From Eledone cirrhosa (lineage: Eukaryota): a DNA stretch of 64,000 nucleotides. Positions 11,100 to 25,730 of this stretch are shown here, in pieces. Position 1 is the first letter of the stretch. Every line of letters starts with the position of its first letter. The stretch covers positions 62,001-126,000 of the forward strand of contig CAXHJY010001472.1 in NCBI GenBank assembly GCA_964016885.1, read 5' to 3'. The position numbers were made by a program, and so were the translations under genes. Under the pieces are notes generated by a model, which worked only from the letters and a program-made list of their open reading frames with translations, did not search any database and was not told the DNA's origin.

Positions 11100-14000
11100 G
11101 AGAGAGAGAAATTACCCTCAGTAGATCAGACAGAGGGACCAGCTATTGAGATTAACGAATATAGGGTCCAAGAGGCGATTAAGGAAATGAAAAATGGTGA
11201 GGCTGCTGGACCATCGGAGATAGTTGCTGAGATGCTGAAGGCCTCAGGGGACGTAGGCACTAAACTGGTTGCACACATCATCAATCAGGCTATATATGGC
11301 AGTGTCATACCCAAAGACTAGTGCAAAAGTAAAGGGGACGCTCTTGAGAGGAGAAATTATAGGGATATAAAACTGATGGATCAGGTTATGAAAGTGGCAG
11401 AAAGGATATTAGCACAACTAATTAGAGAAAGGGTCAAACTAGATGAGATGCAGTTTGGTTTTGTGCCTGGGAATAGTACAACAGATGCCCTCTTCTTGAT
11501 GAGACAATTACAAGAGAGGTTCTTAGAGAAAAATAAGCCACTATACTTAGCCTTTGTTGACCTAGAGAAGGCCTTTGATAGGGTACGCCGATCTGTCATC
11601 TTATTATTTAACCTATAAATGGGGCCCCAACAGGTACTACTACACCAGGCCAGAGCAGACCTGGGAGTTATGACAACTAAGGGGGTAACTCCACGTTCCC
11701 CACAGTTCCTCCTGAACTTGAGCCTTGCCACTGGATGTAGTTTAATGTCATACCCAGGACAAATATATACATACATATATATATACATACACACATATAT
11801 ATATATATATATACATATATACAAATATATATATGCGTACGAAAGTGTGGTTACATGATGCCGATGCGAGATGTGCGACCCTGCATGGTAGTGAGACATG
11901 GACAGCAACTGCAGAGGGTATGCGATGGCTGGAGAGAAATGAAGCAAGCACGCTCCGTTGGATGTGCAATGTCAATGTGCGGGAACGACCAAGCATAAAC
12001 GAGTTGAGAGAGAAACTGTGTTTAAGAGGGATAAGTTGTGGTGTGCAAGAGAGGACTGAGATGGTATGGACATGTGATGCGCATGGAGGTTGAGCGCTGG
12101 GTAAAGAAGGGAGACGCAGTAGAGGAAGACCACGAAAAACATGGGTGGAGGTGGTGAGAGCCGACTTCAGATCGCTGAAACTCACCAAGGAGATGACGAA
12201 GGACCGTGACAAGTGAAGAGATGCTTTGCTCAAGAGGACCTGTCCCACCCTTTCAAGCAGGGAAAAGCGGACGTAAAATGATGAACAGACGATGATAATG
12301 ATGCTCTCTATATATCTATCTCTCTATCAATCTATCCAGATATCTGTGCATCAGTCTATCTATAAACACCCTCCTGCACTTCTCACTCCGTCTCAGGATC
12401 ACCGAGACATCACCAACAACCAACCCATGCTGTGGGAAACAGTCCTCCCCGGGGCACACCCTGGTACTTCACACCATCTGTCTGTCTCGCTGCCTAACTA
12501 CCGAGAAATCCGGCTTCTGTGCTTGCCTAATTTGTAGGTTATTAGGCAGTTGGCAGGTTTGCGGAAGTTGGTTTTGCAAATGGTTAAAACACTTGCATCA
12601 CAAAATTCAAATAGCATCACTCCTTGTTTTATCTTTCTCGTCTTTACCTAGGCCTGCATAAGTTAGTGTTACGGTTAGTATTACTGTTAGCGTTACGGCT
12701 AGTTTTAGGGTTAATTGAGAGCAAGAAACTGCTGCTAGGTAAAGACAAGAAATTCTGCATTTACAAGCAATTTTTACAAACAGCCACAATGACAGGACGG
12801 AGACATCGTTATGCTAGCAGGGGATTTCAATGGTCATGTTGGACAGCTCTACGATGGTTACACTGAGGTACATGTTGGGCACACTTACGGCTTAAGAAAT
12901 GAAGCAGTGAAACTTCTTGAATTTTGCGATGCAATTGCACTAACCATCTACAACACTAACTTACACAAATCTGCCAACCACCTAATAACCTACAAATCAG
13001 GCAAGCACATAAGCCAGATTGACTTCTTGCTAGTTAGGCAGCGGGACAGGCAGATGGTGTCAAATACAAAGGCATACCCCGGGGAAGAATGTACCCCAAG
13101 CAAGAGACTGAATGAGACATACAGGAAGGTGTGGAAAAAAGAAAGGTCTGGAAGCTAAAAGAGCTCTCACTAAAATACAAATTTAGGAAAGCCCTTCAAT
13201 ATGTGTATGATGAAAAAGAAGACCATTTAGAGTCGTACAACATAGATGATAACTGGAATTTCTTATGCGATACCTTACTGCAGGTTACTGATGAAACTTG
13301 TGGCTGGATCAGAGTTCCAACCAGACAGAGAGTGACATGGTGGTGGGACAGCACGGTAGATCGGGCCATTGGAGACTAAAGACTAGCATGGAATGCTTGC
13401 AAAATTAGTGCGAGTAGAGAAGAATATACAGCCGCTAAGAGAGAAGCTTGACGTCAGGTGTACTTAGCATGCAAGGAGGCTGCTCGACGACGTGCGCTGT
13501 TCCGTACTGCGAGGCAGTGTGTCAGTGCAAATCGGGATTAAGTCTGTCCGCAATGATGCCGCTGTACTTTGTGTCACGAATGAGTGTTGATGAGTAGAAA
13601 AGAGGACAAAACTCTATTCCGTCAGGGAAATGGCCATGTTCGATATGCAGAAACGGAACTGGCATAAATTATATAAAACGTACACAAAAGATCGAGTGCG
13701 ATAGCAGGCACGTAGTGGGATAGCAGGCAAACTAACAGCATATTTTGATTATAATAAAACAAATAATAATAGTAATAATAATAATAATAATAATCGTCAT
13801 TGTTCTTTTCTTCTGTGCCTTTCTTTGCCTTCTCTGTCATCTGAATAACAAAAATAAAAGAAAAAAGAATCTTAAACATATGTTGCCTTTACAAAGTGCT
13901 GTGATCAAAGTAGCTTTTAAGCAATTTCCTAACTAACAAACAACATCAACAAAATATATACAAATATCTTTGAATGTCAAGTCCACCAAGAGAAAATAGT

Positions 14001-14722
14001 CATAATGTACTTACAGATACAATGCTAGGGACTCGCATCAATGAGTTTTAGTAGAAAATGACTGACTGACTGTTGAGGGACAGAGGTGTGTTTTCAAATA
14101 TTTATCAATTCACAACAAAGCCTCACAAAGCTACATCATAATGCAAACTCACAACACCCTTCTTATGCAACCTCACCAAGCAACCCCACAACACAACCTC
14201 ACGTTCACAATTCACAACACTCAACAAGGCATTCGTTATCTAGGGTTTACAGTAAACATAGCGAGGTAAAACACACCCAGTACACTCTGTAAAGTGGTCA
14301 TTAGGTTAAGATTAAACTGAAATCATACCTCCATTGTCGTTGGCGTATATTTTCTCTAAAACTTAATTTCATTGCTTTCATTTCTCTTCTTTTTCTTCTA
14401 TTCCATCTAAATATGAAAAAAATTATACAGGTCATTTCGTCTTATCAAGAGGTCCATTTAAAAAAAAAAAAAAATAAAAAAAAAAAAAAAAAAAAAAAAA
14501 AACCGAGATAATACCTTAAAATAATGGTAAAAAAAGTGTTTAATTACGAAAATCCTTTGAAATAACTTCCTCGCTCTTACTGGTCATACCTGCAAAACAC
14601 AAAACACTAGCGTTAGCGTGAACAGTGCAGTGCAGTGCAGTGCAATTTAGTATGGTGCAGTTTAGTGGCACAGTACACTGTAAAACATTTAGCCAATCTC
14701 TCAGACATTTACAAATCTTTCA

Positions 14723-14758
<36 letters not shown>

Positions 14759-17700
14759 GAGAGAGAGAAATTACCCTCAGTAGATCAGACAGAGGGACCA
14801 GCTATTGAGATTAACGAATATAGGGTCCAAGAGGCGATTAAGGAAATGAAAAATGGTGAGGCTGCTGGACCATCGGAGATAGTTGCTGAGATGCTGAAGG
14901 CCTCAGGGGACGTAGGCACTAAACTGGTTGCACACATCATCAATCAGGCTATATATGGCAGTGTCATACCCAAAGACTAGTGCAAAAGTAAAGGGGACGC
15001 TCTTGAGAGGAGAAATTATAGGGATATAAAACTGATGGATCAGGTTATGAAAGTGGCAGAAAGGATATTAGCACAACTAATTAGAGAAAGGGTCAAACTA
15101 GATGAGATGCAGTTTGGTTTTGTGCCTGGGAATAGTACAACAGATGCCCTCTTCTTGATGAGACAATTACAAGAGAGGTTCTTAGAGAAAAATAAGCCAC
15201 TATACTTAGCCTTTGTTGACCTAGAGAAGGCCTTTGATAGGGTACGCCGATCTGTCATCTTATTATTTAACCTATAAATGGGGCCCCAACAGGTACTACT
15301 ACACCAGGCCAGAGCAGACCTGGGAGTTATGACAACTAAGGGGGTAACTCCACGTTCCCCACAGTTCCTCCTGAACTTGAGCCTTGCCACTGGATGTAGT
15401 TTAATGTCATACCCAGGACAAATATATACATACATATATATATACATACACACATATATATATATATATATACATATATACAAATATATATATGCGTACG
15501 AAAGTGTGGTTACATGATGCCTATGCGAGATGTGCGACCCTGCATGGTAGTGAGACATGGACAGCAACTGCAGAGGGTATGCGATGGCTGGAGAGAAATG
15601 AAGCAAGCACGCTCCGTTGGATGTGCAATGTCAATGTGCGGGAACGACCAAGCATAAACGAGTTGAGAGAGAAACTGTGTTTAAGAGGGATAAGTTGTGG
15701 TGTGCAAGAGAGGACTGAGATGGTATGGACATGTGATGCGCATGGAGGTTGAGCGCTGGGTAAAGAAGGGAGACGCAGTAGAGGAAGACCACGAAAAACA
15801 TGGGTGGAGGTGGTGAGAGCCGACTTCAGATCGCTGAAACTCACCAAGGAGATGACGAAGGACCGTGACAAGTGAAGAGATGCTTTGCTCAAGAGGACCT
15901 GTCCCACCCTTTCAAGCAGGGAAAAGCGGACGTAAAATGATGAACAGACGATGATAATGATGCTCTCTATATATCTATCTCTCTATCAATCTATCCAGAT
16001 ATCTGTGCATCAGTCTATCTATAAACACCCTCCTGCACTTCTCACTCCGTCTCAGGATCACCGAGACATCACCAACAACCAACCCATGCTGTGGGAAACA
16101 GTCCTCCCCGGGGCACACCCTGGTACTTCACACCATCTGTCTGTCTCGCTGCCTAACTACCGAGAAATCCGGCTTCTGTGCTTGCCTAATTTGTAGGTTA
16201 TTAGGCAGTTGGCAGGTTTGCGGAAGTTGGTTTTGCAAATGGTTAAAACACTTGCATCACAAAATTCAAATAGCATCACTCCTTGTTTTATCTTTCTCGT
16301 CTTTACCTAGGCCTGCATAAGTTAGTGTTACGGTTAGTATTACTGTTAGCGTTACGGCTAGTTTTAGGGTTAATTGAGAGCAAGAAACTGCTGCTAGGTA
16401 AAGACAAGAAATTCTGCATTTACAAGCAATTTTTACAAACAGCCACAATGACAGGACGGAGACATCGTTATGCTAGCAGGGGATTTCAATGGTCATGTTG
16501 GACAGCTCTACGATGGTTACACTGAGGTACATGTTGGGCACACTTACGGCTTAAGAAATGAAGCAGTGAAACTTCTTGAATTTTGCGATGCAATTGCACT
16601 AACCATCTACAACACTAACTTACACAAATCTGCCAACCACCTAATAACCTACAAATCAGGCAAGCACATAAGCCAGATTGACTTCTTGCTAGTTAGGCAG
16701 CGGGACAGGCAGATGGTGTCAAATACAAAGGCATACCCCGGGGAAGAATGTACCCCAAGCAAGAGACTGAATGAGACATACAGGAAGGTGTGGAAAAAAG
16801 AAAGGTCTGGAAGCTAAAAGAGCTCTCACTAAAATACAAATTTAGGAAAGCCCTTCAATATGTGTATGATGAAAAAGAAGACGATTTAGAGTCGTACAAC
16901 ATAGATGATAACTGGAATTTCTTATGCGATACCTTACTGCAGGTTACTGATGAAACTTGTGGCTGGATCAGAGTTCCAACCAGACAGAGAGTGACATGGT
17001 GGTGGGACAGCACGGTAGATCGGGCCATTGGAGACTAAAGACTAGCATGGAATGCTTGCAAAATTAGTGCGAGTAGAGAAGAATATACAGCCGCTAAGAG
17101 AGAAGCTTGACGTCAGGTGTACTTAGCATGCAAGGAGGCTGCTCGACGACGTGCGCTGTTCCGTACTGCGAGGCAGTGTGTCAGTGCAAATCGGGATTAA
17201 GTCTGTCCGCAATGATGCCGCTGTACTTTGTGTCACGAATGAGTGTTGATGAGTAGAAAAGAGGACAAAACTCTATTCCGTCAGGGAAATGGCCATGTTC
17301 GATATGCAGAAACGGAACTGGCATAAATTATATAAAACGTACACAAAAGATCGAGTGCGATAGCAGGCACGTAGTGGGATAGCAGGCAAACTAACAGCAT
17401 ATTTTGATTATAATAAAACAAATAATAATAGTAATAATAATAATAATAATCGTCATTGTTCTTTTCTTCTGTGCCTTTCTTTGCCTTCTCTGTCATCTGA
17501 ATAACAAAAATAAAAGAAAAAAGAATCTTAAACATATGTTGCCTTTACAAAGTGCTGTGATCAAAGTAGCTTTTAAGCAATTTCCTAACTAACAAACAAC
17601 ATCAACAAAATATATACAAATATCTTTGAATGTCAAGTCCACCAAGAGAAAATAGTCATAATGTACTTACAGATACAATGCTAGGGATTCGCATCAATGA

Positions 17701-18111
17701 GTTTTAGTAGAAAATGACTGACTGACTGTTGAGGGACAGAGGTGTGTTTTCAAATATTTATCAATTCACAACAAAGCCTCACAAAGCTACATCATAATGC
17801 AAACTCACAACACCCTTCTTATGCAACCTCACCAAGCAACCCCACAACACAACCTCACGTTCACAATTCACAACACTCAACAAGGCATTCGTTATCTAGG
17901 GTTTACAGTAAACATAGCGAGGTAAAACACACCCAGTACACTCTGTAAAGTGGTCATTAGGTTAAGATTAAACTGAAATCATACCTCCATTGTCGTTGGC
18001 GTATATTTTCTCTAAAACTTAATTTCATTGCTTTCATTTCTCTTCTTTTTCTTCTATTCCATCTAAATATGAAAAAAATTATACAGGTCATTTCGTCTTA
18101 TCAAGAGGTCC

Positions 18112-18142
<31 letters not shown>

Positions 18143-18382
18143 CCGATATAATACCTTAAAATAATGGTAAAAAAAGTGTTTAATTACGAAAATCCTTTGA
18201 AATAACTTCCTCGCTCTTACTGGTCATACCTGCAAAACACAAAACACTAGCGTTAGAGTGAACAGTGCAGTGCAGTGCAGTGCAGTGCAGTGCAGTGTAG
18301 TGTAATTTAGTATGGTGCAGTTTAGTGGCACAGTACACTGTAAAACATTTAGCCAATCTCTCAGACATTTACAAATCTTTCA

Positions 18383-18418
<36 letters not shown>

Positions 18419-21400
18419 GAGAGAGAGAAATTACCCTCAGTAGATCAGACAGAGGGACCAGCTATTGAGATTAACGAATATAGGGTCCAAGAGGCGATTA
18501 AGGAAATGAAAAATGGTGAGGCTGCTGGACCATCGGAGATAGTTGCTGAGATGCTGAAGGCCTCAGGGGACGTAGGCACTAAACTGGTTGCACACATCAT
18601 CAATCAGGCTATATATGGCAGTGTCATACCCAAAGACTAGTGCAAAAGTAAAGGGGACGCTCTTGAGAGGAGAAATTATAGGGATATAAAACTGATGGAT
18701 CAGGTTATGAAAGTGGCAGAAAGGATATTAGCACAACTAATTAGAGAAAGGGTCAAACTAGATGAGATGCAGTTTGGTTTTGTGCCTGGGAATAGTACAA
18801 CAGATGCCCTCTTCTTGATGAGACAATTACAAGAGAGGTTCTTAGAGAAAAATAAGCCACTATACTTAGCCTTTGTTGACCTAGAGAAGGCCTTTGATAG
18901 GGTACGCCGATCTGTTATCTTATTATTTAACCTATAAATGGGGCCCCAACAGGTACTACTACACCAGGCCAGAGCAGACATGGGAGTTATGACAACTAAG
19001 GGGGTAACTCCACGTTCCCCACAGTTCCTCCTGAACTTGAGCCTTGCCACTGGATGTAGTTTAATGTCATACCCAGGACAAATATATACATACATATATA
19101 TATACATACACACACATATATATATATATATACATATATACAAATATATATATGCGTACGAAAGTGTGGTTACATGATGCCTATGCGAGATGTGCGACCC
19201 TGCATGGTAGTGAGACATGGACAGCAACTGCAGAGGGTATGCGATGGCTGGAGAGAAATGAAGCAAGCACGCTCCGTTGGATGTGCAATGTCAATGTGCG
19301 GGAACGACCAAGCATAAACGAGTTGAGAGAGAAACTGTGTTTAAGAGGGATAAGTTGTGGTGTGCAAGAGAGGACTGAGATGGTATGGACATGTGATGCG
19401 CATGGAGGTTGAGCGCTGGGTAAAGAAGGGAGACGCAGTAGAGGAAGACCACGAAAAACATGGGTGGAGGTGGTGAGAGCCGACTTCAGATCGCTGAAAC
19501 TCACCAAGGAGATGACGAAGGACCGTGACAAGTGAAGAGATGCTTTGCTCAAGAGGACCTGTCCCACCCTTTCAAGCAGGGAAAAGCGGACGTAAAATGA
19601 TGAACAGACGATGATAATGATGCTCTCTATATATCTATCTCTCTATCAATCTATCCAGATATCTGTGCATCAGTCTATCTATAAACACCCTCCTGCACTT
19701 CTCACTCCGTCTCAGGATCACCGAGACATCACCAACAACCAACCCATGCTGTGGGAAACAGTCCTCCCCGGGGCACACCCTGGTACTTCACACCATCTGT
19801 CTGTCTCGCTGCCTAACTACCGAGAAATCCGGCTTCTGTGCTTGCCTAATTTGTAGGTTATTAGGCAGTTGGCAGGTTTGCGGAAGTTGGTTTTGCAAAT
19901 GGTTAAAACACTTGCATCACAAAATTCAAATAGCATCACTCCTTGTTTTATCTTTCTCGTCTTTACCTAGGCCTGCATAAGTTAGTGTTACGGTTAGTAT
20001 TACTGTTAGCGTTACGGCTAGTTTTAGGGTTAATTGAGAGCAAGAAACTGCTGCTAGGTAAAGACAAGAAATTCTGCATTTACAAGCAATTTTTACAAAC
20101 AGCCACAATGACAGGACGGAGACATCGTTATGCTAGCAGGGGATTTCAATGGTCATGTTGGACAGCTCTACGATGGTTACACTGAGGTACATGTTGGGCA
20201 CACTTACGGCTTAAGAAATGAAGCAGTGAAACTTCTTGAATTTTGCGATGCAATTGCACTAACCATCTACAACACTAACTTACACAAATCTGCCAACCAC
20301 CTAATAACCTACAAATCAGGCAAGCACATAAGCCAGATTGACTTCTTGCTAGTTAGGCAGCGGGACAGGCAGATGGTGTCAAATACAAAGGCATACCCCG
20401 GGGAAGAATGTACCCCAAGCAAGAGACTGAATGAGACATACAGGAAGGTGTGGAAAAAAGAAAGGTCTGGAAGCTAAAAGAGCTCTCACTAAAATACAAA
20501 TTTAGGAAAGCCCTTCAATATGTGTATGATGAAAAAGAAGACGATTTAGAGTCGTACAACATAGATGATAACTGGAATTTCTTATGCGATACCTTACTGC
20601 AGGTTACTGATGAAACTTGTGGCTGGATCAGAGTTCCAACCAGACAGAGAGTGACATGGTGGTGGGACAGCACGGTAGATCGGGCCATTGGAGACTAAAG
20701 ACTAGCATGGAATGCTTGCAAAATTAGTGCGAGTAGAGAAGAATATACAGCCGCTAAGAGAGAAGCTTGACGTCAGGTGTACTTAGCATGCAAGGAGGCT
20801 GCTCGACGACGTGCGCTGTTCCGTACTGCGAGGCAGTGTGTCAGTGCAAATCGGGATTAAGTCTGTCCGCAATGATGCCGCTGTACTTTGTGTCACGAAT
20901 GAGTGTTGATGAGTAGAAAAGAGGACAAAACTCTATTCCGTCAGGGAAATGGCCATGTTCGATATGCAGAAACGGAACTGGCATAAATTATATAAAACGT
21001 ACACAAAAGATCGAGTGCGATAGCAGGCACGTAGTGGGATAGCAGGCAAACTAACAGCATATTTTGATTATAATAAAACAAATAATAATAGTAATAATAA
21101 TAATAATAATCGTCATTGTTCTTTTCTTCTGTGCCTTTCTTTGCCTTCTCTGTCATCTGAATAACAAAAATAAAAGAAAAAAGAATCTTAAACATATGTT
21201 GCCTTTACAAAGTGCTGTGATCAAAGTAGCTTTTAAGCAATTTCCTAACTAACAAACAACATCAACAAAATATATACAAATATCTTTGAATGTCAAGTCC
21301 ACCAAGAGAAAATAGTCATAATGTACTTACAGATACAATGCTAGGGATTCGCATCAATGAGTTTTAGTAGAAAATGACTGACTGACTGTTGAGGGACAGA

Positions 21401-21771
21401 GGTGTGTTTTCAAATATTTATCAATTCACAACAAAGCCTCACAAAGCTACATCATAATGCAAACTCACAACACCCTTCTTATGCAACCTCACCAAGCAAC
21501 CCCACAACACAACCTCACGTTCACAATTCACAACACTCAACAAGGCATTCGTTATCTAGGGTTTACAGTAAACATAGCGAGGTAAAACACACCCAGTACA
21601 CTCTGTAAAGTGGTCATTAGGTTAAGATTAAACTGAAATCATACCTCCATTGTCGTTGGCGTATATTTTCTCTAAAACTTAATTTCATTGCTTTCATTTC
21701 TCTTCTTTTTCTTCTATTCCATCTAAATATGAAAAAAATTATACAGGTCATTTCGTCTTATCAAGAGGTCC

Positions 21772-21802
<31 letters not shown>

Positions 21803-22042
21803 CCGATATAATACCTTAAAATAATGGTAAAAAAAGTGTTTAATTACGAAAATCCTTTGAAATAACTTCCTCGCTCTTACTGGTCATACCTGCAAAACAC
21901 AAAACACTAGCGTTAGAGTGAACAGTGCAGTGCAGTGCAGTGCAGTGCAGTGCAGTGTAGTGTAATTTAGTATGGTGCAGTTTAGTGGCACAGTACACTG
22001 TAAAACATTTAGCCAATCTCTCAGACATTTACAAATCTTTCA

Positions 22043-22078
<36 letters not shown>

Positions 22079-25000
22079 GAGAGAGAGAAATTACCCTCAG
22101 TAGATCAGACAGAGGGACCAGCTATTGAGATTAACGAATATAGGGTCCAAGAGGCGATTAAGGAAATGAAAAATGGTGAGGCTGCTGGACCATCGGAGAT
22201 AGTTGCTGAGATGCTGAAGGCCTCAGGGGACGTAGGCACTAAACTGGTTGCACACATCATCAATCAGGCTATATATGGCAGTGTCATACCCAAAGACTAG
22301 TGCAAAAGTAAAGGGGACGCTCTTGAGAGGAGAAATTATAGGGATATAAAACTGATGGATCAGGTTATGAAAGTGGCAGAAAGGATATTAGCACAACTAA
22401 TTAGAGAAAGGGTCAAACTAGATGAGATGCAGTTTGGTTTTGTGCCTGGGAATAGTACAACAGATGCCCTCTTCTTGATGAGACAATTACAAGAGAGGTT
22501 CTTAGAGAAAAATAAGCCACTATACTTAGCCTTTGTTGACCTAGAGAAGGCCTTTGATAGGGTACGCCGATCTGTTATCTTATTATTTAACCTATAAATG
22601 GGGCCCCAACAGGTACTACTACACCAGGCCAGAGCAGACATGGGAGTTATGACAACTAAGGGGGTAACTCCACGTTCCCCACAGTTCCTCCTGAACTTGA
22701 GCCTTGCCACTGGATGTAGTTTAATGTCATACCCAGGACAAATATATACATACATATATATATACATACACACACATATATATATATATATACATATATA
22801 CAAATATATATATGCGTACGAAAGTGTGGTTACATGATGCCTATGCGAGATGTGCGACCCTGCATGGTAGTGAGACATGGACAGCAACTGCAGAGGGTAT
22901 GCGATGGCTGGAGAGAAATGAAGCAAGCACGCTCCGTTGGATGTGCAATGTCAATGTGCGGGAACGACCAAGCATAAACGAGTTGAGAGAGAAACTGTGT
23001 TTAAGAGGGATAAGTTGTGGTGTGCAAGAGAGGACTGAGATGGTATGGACATGTGATGCGCATGGAGGTTGAGCGCTGGGTAAAGAAGGGAGACGCAGTA
23101 GAGGAAGACCACGAAAAACATGGGTGGAGGTGGTGAGAGCCGACTTCAGATCGCTGAAACTCACCAAGGAGATGACGAAGGACCGTGACAAGTGAAGAGA
23201 TGCTTTGCTCAAGAGGACCTGTCCCACCCTTTCAAGCAGGGAAAAGCGGACGTAAAATGATGAACAGACGATGATAATGATGCTCTCTATATATCTATCT
23301 CTCTATCAATCTATCCAGATATCTGTGCATCAGTCTATCTATAAACACCCTCCTGCACTTCTCACTCCGTCTCAGGATCACCGAGACATCACCAACAACC
23401 AACCCACGCTGTGGGAAACAGTCCTCCCCGGGGCACACCCTGGTACTTCACACCATCTGTCTGTCTCGCTGCCTAACTACCGAGAAATCCGGCTTCTGTG
23501 CTTGCCTAATTTGTAGGTTATTAGGCAGTTGGCAGGTTTGCGGAAGTTGGTTTTGCAAATGGTTAAAACACTTGCATCACAAAATTCAAATAGCATCACT
23601 CCTTGTTTTATCTTTCTCGTCTTTACCTAGGCCTGCATAAGTTAGTGTTACGGTTAGTATTACTGTTAGCGTTACGGCTAGTTTTAGGGTTAATTGAGAG
23701 CAAGAAACTGCTGCTAGGTAAAGACAAGAAATTCTGCATTTACAAGCAATTTTTACAAACAGCCACAATGACAGGACGGAGACATCGTTATGCTAGCAGG
23801 GGATTTCAATGGTCATGTTGGACAGCTCTACGATGGTTACACTGAGGTACATGTTGGGCACACTTACGGCTTAAGAAATGAAGCAGTGAAACTTCTTGAA
23901 TTTTGCGATGCAATTGCACTAACCATCTACAACACTAACTTACACAAATCTGCCAACCACCTAATAACCTACAAATCAGGCAAGCACATAAGCCAGATTG
24001 ACTTCTTGCTAGTTAGGCAGCGGGACAGGCAGATGGTGTCAAATACAAAGGCATACCCCGGGGAAGAATGTACCCCAAGCAAGAGACTGAATGAGACATA
24101 CAGGAAGGTGTGGAAAAAAGAAAGGTCTGGAAGCTAAAAGAGCTCTCACTAAAATACAAATTTAGGAAAGCCCTTCAATATGTGTATGATGAAAAAGAAG
24201 ACCATTTAGAGTCGTACAACATAGATGATAACTGGAATTTCTTATGCGATACCTTACTGCAGGTTACTGATGAAACTTGTGGCTGGATCAGAGTTCCAAC
24301 CAGACAGAGAGTGACATGGTGGTGGGACAGCACGGTAGATCGGGCCATTGGAGACTAAAGACTAGCATGGAATGCTTGCAAAATTAGTGCGAGTAGAGAA
24401 GAATATACAGCCGCTAAGAGAGAAGCTTGACGTCAGGTGTACTTAGCATGCAAGGAGGCTGCTCGACGACGTGCGCTGTTCCGTACTGCGAGGCAGTGTG
24501 TCAGTGCAAATCGGGATTAAGTCTGTCCGCAATGATGCCGCTGTACTTTGTGTCACGAATGAGTGTTGATGAGTAGAAAAGAGGACAAAACTCTATTCCG
24601 TCAGGGAAATGGCCATGTTCGATATGCAGAAACGGAACTGGCATAAATTATATAAAACGTACACAAAAGATCGAGTGCGATAGCAGGCACGTAGTGGGAT
24701 AGCAGGCAAACTAACAGCATATTTTGATTATAATAAAACAAATAATAATAGTAATAATAATAATAATAATAATCGTCATTGTTCTTTTCTTCTGTGCCTT
24801 TCTTTGCCTTCTCTGTCATCTGAATAACAAAAATAAAAGAAAAAAGAATCTTAAACATATGTTGCCTTTACAAAGTGCTGTGATCAAAGTAGCTTTTAAG
24901 CAATTTCCTAACTAACAAACAACATCAACAAAATATATACAAATATCTTTGAATGTCAAGTCCACCAAGAGAAAATAGTCATAATGTACTTACAGATACA

Positions 25001-25434
25001 ATGCTAGGGACTCGCATCAATGAGTTTTAGTAGAAAATGACTGACTGACTGTTGAGGGACAGAGGTGTGTTTTCAAATATTTATCAATTCACAACAAAGC
25101 CTCACAAAGCTACATCATAATGCAAACTCACAACACCCTTCTTATGCAACCTCACCAAGCAACCCCACAACACAACCTCACGTTCACAATTCACAACACT
25201 CAACAAGGCATTCGTTATCTAGGGTTTACAGTAAACATAGCGAGGTAAAACACACCCAGTACACTCTGTAAAGTGGTCATTAGGTTAAGATTAAACTGAA
25301 ATCATACCTCCATTGTCGTTGGCGTATATTTTCTCTAAAACTTAATTTCATTGCTTTCATTTCTCTTCTTTTTCTTCTATTCCATCTAAATATGAAAAAA
25401 ATTATACAGGTCATTTCGTCTTATCAAGAGGTCC

Positions 25435-25468
<34 letters not shown>

Positions 25469-25696
25469 GAGATAATACCTTAAAATAATGGTAAAAAAAG
25501 TGTTTAATTACGAAAATCCTTTGAAATAACTTCCTCGCTCTTACTGGTCATACCTGCAAAACACAAAACACTAGCGTTAGCGTGAACAGTGCAGTGCAGT
25601 GCAGTGTAGTGCAGTGCAATTTAGTATGGTGCAGTTTAGTGGCACAGTACACTGTAAAACATTTAGCCAATCTCTCAGACATTTACAAATCTTTCA

Positions 25697-25730
<34 letters not shown>
